A DNA stretch of 64,000 nt from contig DYFC01000017.1 of the NCBI GenBank assembly GCA_020725385.1, forward strand, positions 48,178 to 112,177, read 5' to 3'. The position numbers and the translations under genes are program-made. The notes beneath the pieces were generated by a model. The model was not told the DNA's origin. It saw nothing but the letters and a program-made list of their open reading frames with translations, and did no database searches. This document shows positions 47,867 through 59,300 of the stretch, piece by piece. Source of the stretch: Nitrospira japonica (GTDB taxonomy: Bacteria > Nitrospirota > Thermodesulfovibrionia > Thermodesulfovibrionales > SM23-35). Each line of letters begins with the position of its first letter. Position 1 is the first letter of the stretch.

Positions 47867-48993
47867 GAATTCAAAACTCAAAACTCAAAATTCAAAATTC
47901 AAGAATAATAAAATTTTTTTTAATATTTTTCTTTATATTATCTTCGACTTTAACAGTAAATGCTGAACGAATTAAGGATATAGCTGATTTTGAAGGTGTA
48001 AGAGAAAATCAATTGATAGGTTACGGGCTTGTCGTTGGTCTCGATGGTTCAGGTGATAAAGGAAATGCAACAATGCAGGGAATAGCAAATATGTTACAGA
48101 AGATGGGATTAAATGTTAATCCTAACGATATAAAGGCAAAAAATACTGCTTCTGTCATGGTTACAGCAAATCTTCCACCTTTTCCAAAAGCTGGCACAAA
48201 GGTAGATGCATTGGTCTCAACAATTGGTGATGCAAAAAGTCTTCAAGGCGGCACCCTCCTCCTTACCCCGCTAAAGGGACCCGATGGTAAGATTTATGCT
48301 CTTGCACAGGGTCCCGTATCTATCGGTGGATTTGTAGGTGGCGGTGCAGGTAATACAGTCCAGAAAAATCATCCAGCATCAGGAAAAGTTCCTGAGGGAG
48401 TAATAATTGAAAAGGACCTCCCATTCATTCTTGGAAATGGTGGAGATTTAAGAATTTTCCTGAAAAGACCTGATTTCACTACTGCGTCTGATATGGCGAA
48501 AGTTATAAATGAAGAATTAAAGGGTGGTTATGCTGTTACAATTGATCCAACAACAGTGAAAATTAGAATACCTGATGAGTACCTAAAAAATATTGTTGGT
48601 TTAATAACAAAAATTGAATCCTTGGATGTAAATGTTGACACACCTGCTATTGTTGTAATTAATGAAAGAACAGGAACCGTAGTTATTGGTGAAAAGGTCA
48701 GGATTGCGCCTGTGGCAATAGCCCACGGAAATCTTACTATTGAGATAAAAACAGAGTATAAGGTTTCTCAACCATCATCTTTTGCTCCTGAAAAAGCTGA
48801 GACAGTTGTTGTACCTAAAACAGAAGTAAGCGCGAAAGAGCAAAAGGCTTCGTTAATACAGGTATCCGGGGTAACACTCGGTGAGATAGTAAGGGCCCTT
48901 AATGCACTGGGAGTAACACCAAGAGATATGATCTCAATACTTCAGGCTTTGAAAGCCTCAGGTGCTTTAAGAGCTGAATTGGAGATAATTTAA
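47854..48993 (+). CDS. flgI: P-ring protein FlgI
   Basis: RIKDIA...GVRENQLIGYGLVVGL.GSGD, SLQGGTLLLTPL, INERTGTVV, GALRAELEII. Confidence 0.96.
   Translation: MAILRIQNSKLKIQNSRIIKFFLIFFFILSSTLTVNAERIKDIADFEGVRENQLIGYGLVVGLDGSGDKGNATMQGIANMLQKMGLNVNPNDIKAKNTASVMVTANLPPFPKAGTKVDALVSTIGDAKSLQGGTLLLTPLKGPDGKIYALAQGPVSIGGFVGGGAGNTVQKNHPASGKVPEGVIIEKDLPFILGNGGDLRIFLKRPDFTTASDMAKVINEELKGGYAVTIDPTTVKIRIPDEYLKNIVGLITKIESLDVNVDTPAIVVINERTGTVVIGEKVRIAPVAIAHGNLTIEIKTEYKVSQPSSFAPEKAETVVVPKTEVSAKEQKASLIQVSGVTLGEIVRALNALGVTPRDMISILQALKASGALRAELEII
47870..47904 (+). repeat. Heptamer tandem repeat (YTCAAAA)x5 within the flgI 5' coding region
   Basis: TTCAAAA CTCAAAA CTCAAAA TTCAAAA TTCAAGA. Confidence 0.85.
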
Positions 48994-48996
48994 GTT

Positions 48997-49491
48997 ATGG
49001 ATATTATTCAGGATTTATCAAATAACTATTACAGCAATATTGAACAATTAAAAAGCAGAAATGACTCTGAAGCTATTAAGATAGTTGCAAGAGAAATGGA
49101 GGCAGTTTTTCTTCAAGAACTGATTAAAGAAATGCGCAAAACTACTGGTCAGTCTTCGGAAAACTCGTTTGGTAATGATATGTATATGGGCATGTTTGAT
49201 ATGGAACTTGCAAGGGTTTTGTCAGAACACGGAACAGGACTCCAAAAAATGCTTATAGAAGGGTTGTCAAGGCTTAAAGAGAAACATGATAATAATAACT
49301 ATAACAAATTGAATAATAAAGAAAAAATCATATCAGAAGATAAAGTTTATTCTAATAAAAAAGGAATATCCTCTCTCTCACCTCCTTCCCCCTTACCCCT
49401 TCAGGAGAAAGAAGAAAGTTCTTCATTAATAAGGGGTAAAGGGGAAGCTTTTTTATTGCCTGTAAAGAAAGACAGAGGTGAATTTGATTGA
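48997..49491 (+). CDS. flgJ: FlgJ rod-binding domain protein without a muramidase domain
   Basis: EMEAVFLQELIKEMRKT, MYMGMFDMELA, GTGLQKML. Confidence 0.82.
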   Translation: MDIIQDLSNNYYSNIEQLKSRNDSEAIKIVAREMEAVFLQELIKEMRKTTGQSSENSFGNDMYMGMFDMELARVLSEHGTGLQKMLIEGLSRLKEKHDNNNYNKLNNKEKIISEDKVYSNKKGISSLSPPSPLPLQEKEESSSLIRGKGEAFLLPVKKDRGEFD

Positions 49492-49532
49492 AAATATATT
49501 TTATGGTAAAGGTATATAACCCTATATGAAAT

Positions 49533-49559
49533 TAAAGAAATATTACAGAATTCCGATAA
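49533..49559 (+). promoter_or_regulatory. Sigma28 promoter of flgM
   Basis: TAAA-15 nt-TCCGATAA. Confidence 0.8.
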
Positions 49560-49595
49560 AAAAAGAAACGTTTCTCATTTTTAGAGGAGGGTAAG

Positions 49596-49889
49596 ATGAA
49601 AATTCAGGGTAATAAACCTGCAGAGGGGCAGGAAATAAGCATTAATGCTCAGAAAACTGGAAAAGTTGATGTAAAAGAAAAAGTTACTCAGCCTGAAAAA
49701 ACAAAATCTACAAACGACAGAGTTGATATTTCAGGAAAAGGTAAAGAAATAGCGGAGTTAATGGCGCAAATAAATCAATTGCCTGATATAAGAACAGACA
49801 AGGTAAATGCTGTTAAAAAAGCTATCGAAACCGGAAATTATAAAATCGATCCTGTGAAAATAGCACAGAAGTTTCTTGATGAAATATAA
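49596..49889 (+). CDS. flgM: Anti-sigma28 factor FlgM
   Basis: DRVDIS, PDIRTDKVNAVKKAIETGNYKIDPVKIAQKFL. Confidence 0.93.
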   Translation: MKIQGNKPAEGQEISINAQKTGKVDVKEKVTQPEKTKSTNDRVDISGKGKEIAELMAQINQLPDIRTDKVNAVKKAIETGNYKIDPVKIAQKFLDEI

Positions 49890-49938
49890 AATTGAATCAA
49901 GAAATTTTTTGCTTTAATGAGGAATATATTAGATAGAA

Positions 49939-50394
49939 ATGACTACACTCGAACGTATTAAAAGCGTAATTATAGAACAAATAAGCGGTTATAGGGCTTT
50001 ACTCGAGTTATTACAAAAGGAAAGATTATATCTTTTGAATTTTGATGCTCAGGGGGTTGAATCTGTATCAAAAGAAAAAGATGTTGCAATAATACGTTTG
50101 AGACTCATAGAAGAAGAAAGAATACGTTTAATAAATAAATATTTATCTGAAAACAATCTAAGATGTGAATTCACGTTACAGAAACTAATAGAGTTAACAG
50201 GTGATAATAACCTGAATATATTAAGAATGCAATTAATCTCACTTATGCAAAGCATCGAAGAATTGAATTCTTTTAATATGATTCTCATAGGCCGCTCACT
50301 AAATTTTGTTAAACATTCAATGGCTTTTCTTGAATCTGTTGGAATAGATGTAGATCAACTTTATAAGGGAGCAATATTTTCAAAGGAGATTTAA
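49939..50394 (+). CDS. flgN: Flagellar chaperone FlgN
   Basis: Helical protein, LLELLQKE, N..N..LI..SL; between flgM and flgK. Confidence 0.8.
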   Translation: MTTLERIKSVIIEQISGYRALLELLQKERLYLLNFDAQGVESVSKEKDVAIIRLRLIEEERIRLINKYLSENNLRCEFTLQKLIELTGDNNLNILRMQLISLMQSIEELNSFNMILIGRSLNFVKHSMAFLESVGIDVDQLYKGAIFSKEI

Positions 50395-52014
50395 GTGTAT
50401 TTATTAAGTCTTTTTAATATTGGCAAATCTGCAATATTTACAAGTCAGACCGCTCTCAATGTAACGAGCCATAATATTGCTAATGTAAATACCCCGGGGT
50501 TTAGCAGGCAGGAGGCCGTACTTGAGGTGTCAACACCTATAGCTATGCGGGGGGGATTCCTTGGAAGCGGTGTTAATGTAGAGCATATAAGAAGGCATTA
50601 TGATAACTTTATTCAATCACAACTTTTGGGACAATATCAAAATTATGGAAGATCAACAGCTCTTGAGGATGCATTCAGTCAAATAGAGCAAATTTTTAAT
50701 GAAGCAAAAAATATGGGATTATCAGTTCCACTATCGGATTTTTTTAATTCCTGGCAGGACTTAAGCGCAAATCCTGAAGGACAAACTCAGAGGACTGTAT
50801 TACTTCAGAAGACTGGAAATCTTGTAATTGCAGCGAAGAGGATGGAACGGGGCATTATTGATAATTTAAGTAATTTAAATCAACAAATATCCGATATTGT
50901 TAATCGTGTTAATACCATAGCATCCCAAATTGCAGATCTTAATGAAAGAATTATTTCATCAGAAGGTTCATTTAATACAGGGCAGGCAAATGACCTTAGG
51001 GACCAAAGACAAAATCTTTTGAATGAACTCAGCCAGCTTGTGGAAGCTTCTTCTTATGAAGAAAAAGATGGTTCGATTAATATTTCGGTTGGAATGAAAA
51101 GCCTTGTATATAAAGGTGAATATAATGCTCTTAGTGTAAAAATAGACGAAGAAGGCAATAGGGAAATTTATCTTGAAAATTCAAATATTACTTTGAAAAT
51201 AAATAAAGGGCAGATTGGGGGTATTATTTCTGCAAGAGATACCATTCAGGATAATCAATTAAAAGGTCTTAGAAGATTTATCGCATCTCTTATCAAAGAA
51301 ATTAACTTGATTCATCAAAATGGATACGGACTTGATGGAACTACCGGGAATAATTTTTTCAATCCCCTTGATTTATCTATTGGAAATTTTTCTTCAGGTG
51401 CAAGTATAACAGGTTCTATAACAAGTCTTTCACAGTTAACCCTTGATGAATATGAGATAACATTTGATGGTTCGGGAAATTATCATGTATTAAATAAAGA
51501 TACAGATACTGAAGTTGCAACAGGTGCTTATATTTCCGGAAATCCAATAAATTTTGATGGAATTTCAATAACAATTACAGGTGCTGTAAATTCAAATGAC
51601 AAATTTAGCGTCAGTCCTTTGACAGGTGTAATACAGAATTTTGGTACAGCAATAAGTGATTACAGAAAAATTGCTGCTTCAGGTTCTTATTCAGGGTTAC
51701 CCGGAGACAACACCAATGCTCTAAATATAATTAATCTTGCAGAGAAGAATTTATCCGAACTCGGTGGCAAGACTTTTACAGGATTTTATAAAGGAATTGT
51801 GTCTGATATTGCCATGTTAACAAGCTCTGCTTCAGATAGTTTGACATTTGATGCAAAATTGCTCGAGGAAATAAATATGAGAAGGGAATCTATATCAGGT
51901 GTTTCTCTTGATGAAGAAGCAGCAAATTTAATTAAGTACCAGCGCGCATTTGAAGCAGGGGCAAGAATTATCAAAGTAACAGATGAACTGCTTCAGACAA
52001 TAATGAACCTATGA
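50395..52014 (+). CDS. flgK: Hook-associated protein FlgK
   Basis: VTSHNIANVNTPGFSRQ, ANDLRDQR, SISGVSLDEEAANLIKYQRAFEA; GTG start. Confidence 0.96.
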   Translation: MYLLSLFNIGKSAIFTSQTALNVTSHNIANVNTPGFSRQEAVLEVSTPIAMRGGFLGSGVNVEHIRRHYDNFIQSQLLGQYQNYGRSTALEDAFSQIEQIFNEAKNMGLSVPLSDFFNSWQDLSANPEGQTQRTVLLQKTGNLVIAAKRMERGIIDNLSNLNQQISDIVNRVNTIASQIADLNERIISSEGSFNTGQANDLRDQRQNLLNELSQLVEASSYEEKDGSINISVGMKSLVYKGEYNALSVKIDEEGNREIYLENSNITLKINKGQIGGIISARDTIQDNQLKGLRRFIASLIKEINLIHQNGYGLDGTTGNNFFNPLDLSIGNFSSGASITGSITSLSQLTLDEYEITFDGSGNYHVLNKDTDTEVATGAYISGNPINFDGISITITGAVNSNDKFSVSPLTGVIQNFGTAISDYRKIAASGSYSGLPGDNTNALNIINLAEKNLSELGGKTFTGFYKGIVSDIAMLTSSASDSLTFDAKLLEEINMRRESISGVSLDEEAANLIKYQRAFEAGARIIKVTDELLQTIMNL

Positions 52015-53090
52015 GAATAACAACATCAATGATATTTAACCATATTGCCTCTTCTTTACAAAAGGACATAGAAGAGTATGCTCATCTAAATGAACGACTT
52101 GCAACAGGCAAGAAGCTTAACAAAATATCCGATGATGTAACAGGCTCTATGAATGCTTTAGGGTATAGATTAAATATCAGCATTAATGATCAATATAAAA
52201 GAAATATAAATATGACAAATATCCAGCTTGATTACACCACCAAAATTTTGGACTCTGTTTCTGATAGTTTGATCAATCTCCATGAACTGGCTGCTATGGG
52301 TAATAATGCTCAATCAGAAGATAAAAGAATGTTTTATTCAAAACAAGCTGCTGACTGGAGGGATTATTTTCTAAGTCTTTCTAACAGTAAGCTGGATGGC
52401 AAATTTATTTTTTCGGGAAATAAAACCGATAAACAAACCTTTGTTTATAATTCTTTAACCGGAAAATATGACTATCAGGGAGATAACAGCGAGATAAATG
52501 TTCCAATAGATAAAGAGGCTTCTATTGTAATGAATATTCAGGGAAGCAGGGCTTTCAGCCTCAGTTTGACCGAACCTTTGCCTACCACTCTGTCGGACGG
52601 TACCCCGGTCAGTTTCAACCAGTCAAAAGATCCTTTAACAGGTATCAATACAGTAACAGTAACAATAGGTAACTCGGGCGAGCCCGATTATGATATATTT
52701 ACATTTTCTAATTTTATGGATATAGCCAATATAATGAGTTATGCATGGCAATATAATGATATAAATGGTAGCAGTCTTAATTCAGATCCAGAAATAGCAG
52801 AAAAAATGGCTCTACATCGTATAGCAGCACTCGCAAAACCAATAGATGATGCCCGTGTTCAAACTCTGGGCATTCAGTCCGAGATAGGTACAAGACAAAT
52901 AGTTCTCAATGATCAGAGTAAAAGGCTTAGTAGTAGTACAATTGTTATGCAAAATGCACTTACAAAAATAGAAGATGCTGACATGACTGAAACTGCAACA
53001 GAGTTACTTAAAACTCAAACTGCGCTTGAAGCACTCAGGGCATCAGCTTCAAAAATAATATCTCAATCGCTTCTTGATTTTCTCAAATAA
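52011..53090 (+). CDS. flgL: Hook-associated protein FlgL
   Basis: MRITT, LATGKKL...SDD, FIFSG.KTD, IEDADM, SLLDFLK. Confidence 0.94.
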   Translation: MRITTSMIFNHIASSLQKDIEEYAHLNERLATGKKLNKISDDVTGSMNALGYRLNISINDQYKRNINMTNIQLDYTTKILDSVSDSLINLHELAAMGNNAQSEDKRMFYSKQAADWRDYFLSLSNSKLDGKFIFSGNKTDKQTFVYNSLTGKYDYQGDNSEINVPIDKEASIVMNIQGSRAFSLSLTEPLPTTLSDGTPVSFNQSKDPLTGINTVTVTIGNSGEPDYDIFTFSNFMDIANIMSYAWQYNDINGSSLNSDPEIAEKMALHRIAALAKPIDDARVQTLGIQSEIGTRQIVLNDQSKRLSSSTIVMQNALTKIEDADMTETATELLKTQTALEALRASASKIISQSLLDFLK

Positions 53091-53275
53091 ATCTTTTGTA
53101 AAGTGCCATCAAGCTCACCGGTTAAAATTTTCATTAATAGGAAATTTTTACTCTATTAAGATTTCCCCGAATAATGCAAATATCGCAAAAAATTTATTTT
53201 ATGATTATTTGTCCCGTCTTGCCTTTTGGCTTTCGCTCTATTAACCGCTGTTTTTTATGATTAGAATTATTTATT

Positions 53276-53291
53276 TGGCAAGACATTTGCT
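53276..53291 (+). promoter_or_regulatory. Sigma54 promoter of the glycosyltransferase genes
   Basis: TGGCAA-GACAT-TTGCT. Confidence 0.75.
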
Positions 53292-53335
53292 ATCTTATTT
53301 TAAATAATAAAAATTATGTTTAAGAGGGTTTGAGT

Positions 53336-56300
53336 ATGTCTATATGTATTGCCGGGATGCATAGATCAGGGACTTCTATGGTTGCGCGACTTTTAAATAT
53401 CTGTGGATTATATCTGGGCGAAGAAAAAGATATTATGAAACCTCAAAGTGATAACCCTGAGGGTTTCTGGGAAAATAATCATTTTGTAGAAATTAACGAT
53501 AAAATTTTATCATCAAATGGGTATGGATGGGATCTCCCGCCAGTAAGTAATTATATTGATTTCAAAAAGGTGAATAATGAAATAAAGAACGATGCGAAAG
53601 CTCTTATTGAATCTATGGAACTTAATACTCCATGGGGCTGGAAAGACCCTCGAAATAGCTTGAATCTCATTTTCTGGAGGGAATTGCTCCCGGATTTGAA
53701 AGTAATCATTTGTCTTAGAAATCCTCTTGAAGTAGCAATGTCATTAAAAAAGAGAGGTAATAGTTCTTGTGCTTTTTCTTTTAATCTCTGGTACTTATAT
53801 AACAAAACAATTTTTGACAATATAGAACCGGAAAGAGTTCTTATTACCCATTATGCTTCTTTTTTTATAAACCCGGTTTATGAAATAAAACGTTTATTGA
53901 ATTTTACAAAATTAAATATTGATAATGAAAAAATACACCACGCCTGTTCAAGTATAGCCAGTAAATTACGTCACTATAATTATTCAGAAAATGATTTAAT
54001 AAACGCCGGCGCATCTGAAGAAATCATAGGACTGTATAATAGTATGTGTGAAAAATCCGGCCCGGTTCTCAAACACTATAAAATAACAAGTAGTGTGAAT
54101 GTAGAAAATATCAATATCAAAATACACGAACTTGAAGAATTAATTCATGAATATCCTGATTACGCAGTTGCATATAATGATCTCGGAGTAATTTACCATC
54201 AAATTGGGCGAAAAGAGAAATCTTTAACATGTTATGAAAAAGCTGTATCTTTAGAACCGGAAAATATTTTGTTTCAGAAGAATCTTGCTGATTATTACTG
54301 TTATGAATTAAACCGCTATGAAGAAGCTGCAAAAATTTATACCAGAGTTCTTGCGCAAAATAATAATGATGTTGAAGCACTTCTTCCTATAGGACATATC
54401 TGTATGATTCAAAAGAATTATAATGAAGCAGTATATTTTTATAAAAGAGTTTTGGAAATTGAGCCACAAAATAAAATTGCGTTTGAAAAATTAGAACAGC
54501 TTTCTAAACTTGATTACAGTAATGATTATCCACTTGAAAAAATGGAGAAAGATTGTATTGACATAAATATCGAGAATGCATCTAACAATGAATATTCGGT
54601 TAAAGTTACGCAGTTTAATGAAATTAAATTAATGGACTTTAAAAACGATGTAACAGAAAAAAATAATTTAATTTTAAAAACAGGAATGACGTCCATAATT
54701 ATTCCTGTTTTTAACAAGATTGAATATACGAAAAAATGTCTTGAAGCTATTAGAAAAAATACTCCTGCGGAGAAATATGAGATTATAGTTATTGATAATG
54801 CCTCTACAGATGGGACAAATGATTTTCTTAAATTGCAAGGGAATGGCATAAAGTTAATTACAAACACACAAAATATGGGTTTTACTTTTGCATGTAATCA
54901 GGGTGCTAAAATTGCTACCGGAGAGTTTGTACTCTTTCTTAATAATGATACAGAGCCACAAACAGGTTGGCTCGAGAGTATGGTTGAGCTAATGCAATCT
55001 GATAACATGATTGGCATTACGGGTTCTAAACTTATTTATCCTGATGGAAGACTTCAAGAAGCAGGAGGAATAGTTTTTAGTGATGGTAGCGGGTGGAATT
55101 ATGGGAGGTTTGATGATCCTTTTAAGCCTCAATATAACTATGTAAGAGAAGTTGATTATGTTTCCGGGGCATCATTAATGATACGCCATCCTTTGCTCAA
55201 AAAATTGAATTATTTTGATGAACGATATTCTCCCGGATATTATGAAGATACAGACCTATGTTTTGGAGCAAGGTCTCTTGGGTATAAAGTAATGTATTGT
55301 CCTTTTTCTATAGTTATTCACCATGAAGGAATAACAAGCGGAACCGATATTAAATCAGGAATGAAAAAGTTTCAGGTCATTAATAGGAAGAAATTCATAA
55401 ATAAATGGAAAGAGGACTTAAAAAAACAATATCTTCCAGATAGTAAAAATGTTATAAATGCAAGTGAAAGAAATACTAAAGGCAATATAATTATTATTGA
55501 TCCTTTCCTTCCAAAATTTGACAGAGCTTCAGGCTCACTCAGACTTTACTCAATGATAAAAATACTAAAAGAGCATAATTACCATATAACATTTATAGCG
55601 AGAAATGGTCGAGGCCAAAAACAATATGAAAGAATACTTAATTTTATTGGAATAGAAGTATATGCAACCGATCCAGAAAGATTGAAAAAACTTGGGATTA
55701 ATTTTGACGCAAAACCAATTAATATTGCTGAAATATTAACAATAAGACATTATGATATAGCAATCTTATCCTTTTATGAGATAGCTGTTCAGTATCTTGA
55801 TATTATTAGAATATACTCACCTGAAACAAAGATATTGATAGATACAGTTGATATACATTTTGTTAGAGAAATACGCATGGCGGAAGTTATGAATGACAAA
55901 ACTCTATTTAGAAAAGCGCATAAAACAAAAAATGAAGAATTATCTATTTACCGAAAGGCTGACGCAATTATAACTGTAACTGATAAAGATTGGGAACATG
56001 TTTCGGGTTATTTGCCGGGCATGAAGCATTTTGTTATCCCAAATATTCATGAAATATCAGAGGAAACTATTGAAAATACAAGCCGTAAAGGATTAATCTT
56101 TGTGGGTAACTTCAATCATCCACCTAATGCTGATGCAATATTATTTTTTATAAATGATATTTTCCCTATTATAAAGAAAAAAATTAACGATGTAACTTTC
56201 ACAATAGTTGGTAATAATCCACCTGAAGAGATATTAAAACTTCACAATAATAAAGACATCTTAGTAACTGGTTATGTGCCTTCAACAACTCCATATTTGC

Positions 56301-59300
56301 AATCAGCGAGAGTATCTGTAGCTCCTCTTAGATATGGAGCGGGAATGAAAGGTAAGATAGGTGAAGCAATGTCCCATGGATTACCTGTTGTAACAACTTC
56401 AATTGGGGCAGAGGGAATGGGAATTGTGAATGGAGAAAATGCTTTGGTTGCAGATACACCTGATGAATTTGCTGAACAAGTCTATCAACTTTATACCGAT
56501 GATAATAAATGGATAAAAATTTCTGAGTCAGGTAAAAATTTAATTAAAGATAACTATTCTAAAGAAAAAGTTGGTGAAATTATCACAAGAATATTGGATG
56601 AGTTAATTGAGAAAAAAACATATTCTGTAAGTTTTATAGATGAAAAGAAAATAACTAACGAATTGACTTCAATAATTATTCTTACCTTTAATGAAATTAA
56701 ATATACAAAAAAATGTTTTGAAAGTATTAAGACTTATACGCCTGAATCTCATGAGATAATTTTTGTTGATAATGGTTCAACAGATGGGACTGTTAAATGG
56801 CTCAGACAACTTGTAAATGAAAATAAAAATATAAAACTTATAGAAAACAAAACCAATCTCGGTTTTGCTAAGGGTTGCAATCAGGGAATTAATATGGCAT
56901 CAGGTGAATATATACTTCTGTTGAATAATGATGTTGTAGTTACAAAAGGTTGGCTCTCGGGAATGCTTGATTGTATTAAAAGAGAAGAATCTATAGGCAT
57001 CGTTGGCCCGATGACAAATAATATAAGCGGAATTCAGAGGGTCATTGATTATGAAAATATTAATTTAGAGAATTTATTTGATTATGCAGAATCGTTCATG
57101 GAAAAAAATAAATACAGAAGAATACCTGTCAGAAGGGTAGCTGGTTTTTGTATGTTATTCAAGTATGAGCTTGTGAAGGATATTGGTATGCTTGATGAAT
57201 CTTTTGGTTCTGGAAATTATGAAGATGATGATTTTTGTCTTAGAGCAATTCTTTCAGGATACAGGAATTATATTGCTGGAGATGTATTTATTTATCATTA
57301 CGGAAGTAGAAGTTTTAAAGGGAATGGAATAGATTACAGAAAAGCAATAGAAAAAAACCAGAAAATATTTAAGAAAAAGTGGAACATAATCGATAGCAGC
57401 AGTTTATCAGGGGTAAATTTAGCTTTAATAAAGTGTCTTGAAAAAGCTGATATATATAGACAAAAAGGAAGGTATGAAGATTCGGTAAGGGAATATATTA
57501 AAGCAATACAAATTAATCCTGATGACGTAAAAAGTTATTATGCTTTTGCAGAGATGTTGGTAGCTGAGAAAAAATATCAAGATGCTCTGGATGTTTTAAA
57601 ACAGTCACCTGCTCTGGAAGAAGATTTAAATTTAATACTTCTTAAAGCCCTATGTTTCGAAGGTCTTGAGCTTATACCAGAGGCTGAAGAATGTATTGAT
57701 AAGATATTATTTTACGATAAATCTAATGTATATGCCCTTAATTTAAAAGGTCAAATAGCTTATAAAAAAGGCAATGTAATAGAATCAGAAAAAATATTTA
57801 GGCACATAACAGAATTAAATCCATCATATGGAGAACCATTCACAAATCTTGGTATTTTAAGATGGTCAGAAGGAAAATATGAAGAAGCATTAAATCTAAC
57901 TGAAAAAGGTTTTATACTCTCACCGAATAATAATGATATTGCTTCAATTTATCATTCAATTGTCTCTGCATTAGGTAAATATTCCAGATCTGAGAAAGTA
58001 ATGAAAGAGGCAAAGGCACTATATCCTAATAGTAGAAAAATAACATTTTTGCTAATTGACGTTCTTATAAAACAGAATAAAAATGTAGAAGCACTCAATT
58101 ATATCCAGGAATCAATTACATCTTTTGGGAAAGATGACGGAATTATTGAAGCAGCACTTGAAGTAAGAAAAAGAATTGACGAAGCAAGTCAAGACAACGA
58201 TTTAACCCCGTCAAAAAAATTACAAAAAACCGTAAAAACTCTTTCATTATGCATGATTGTTAAAAATGAGGAAAATACTCTTCCTGATTGTCTGAATAGT
58301 ATTAGAAATATTGTTGATGAAATTATTATTGTAGATACAGGTTCAACTGATAGAACTAAGGATATTGCAAAGATATATGGTGCTAAGATTTATGATTTTA
58401 AATGGACAAATGATTTTTCTGAAGCAAGAAATTATTCTTTGTCAAAAGCAAATTGTGACTGGATACTCATTCTTGATGCGGATGAGATAATTTCTCCTAT
58501 AGACCATGACAGATTAAAAGAATTAATTAATAAAAAACAGAATGTCGCATATTCTATTACAACCCGCAATTATGTAAATGTTTTTAATTTAGCAGGATGG
58601 ACCTCAAACGGGAGCATTTATAGTAAAGAAGAAAAAGGGAAGGGATGGTTCCCGAGCACAAAAGTGAGATTGTTTCCAAATAAGAAAGGCATAAAATTCC
58701 ACAATAAAGTACATGAATTAGTCGAACCTTCGCTTAAGGAAATTGGTATTCAAATAAAAAATTGTGATGTGGCTATACACCATTACGGCAAACTTAATGA
58801 TGATCATGTAATAGAAAAAGGTAAAGATTATTATAAACTCGGTATTCAAAAGATCGAAAATACAACAGACCCGAAAGCTCTTTACGAGCTTGCTATACAG
58901 GCTGGAGAACTTGATAGGCATCGAGAAGCCGTAGAATTATGGAAAAAACTTCTTCAAACTACTTCATCTTTGTCAGATAATATTCTTCTTAAAGCTTATA
59001 TAAATATGGGTCATGCTTATTTCCATTTGGGGATGTATAAAGAAGCATATGATGTCTCAAAAAAGGCTTATCTTATTTCTCCGGATTCACAGGATGCAAT
59101 AATGAACTATTCACTTTCAGAAGTGTGGATAGGAGAAGCTGAAAAAGCTATTACTCTTATAAGAACTCTGCTTGAAAAGAAACCCGATTTCCCTCAAGCT
59201 ATAGGTCTCCTCGGGATCGCTTATATGATTAAAGGGGATGAGGAAAAGGCATATAAATATCTCGAAAAGATAAAGAAAAAAGGTTTTAATTGTTCAAAAT

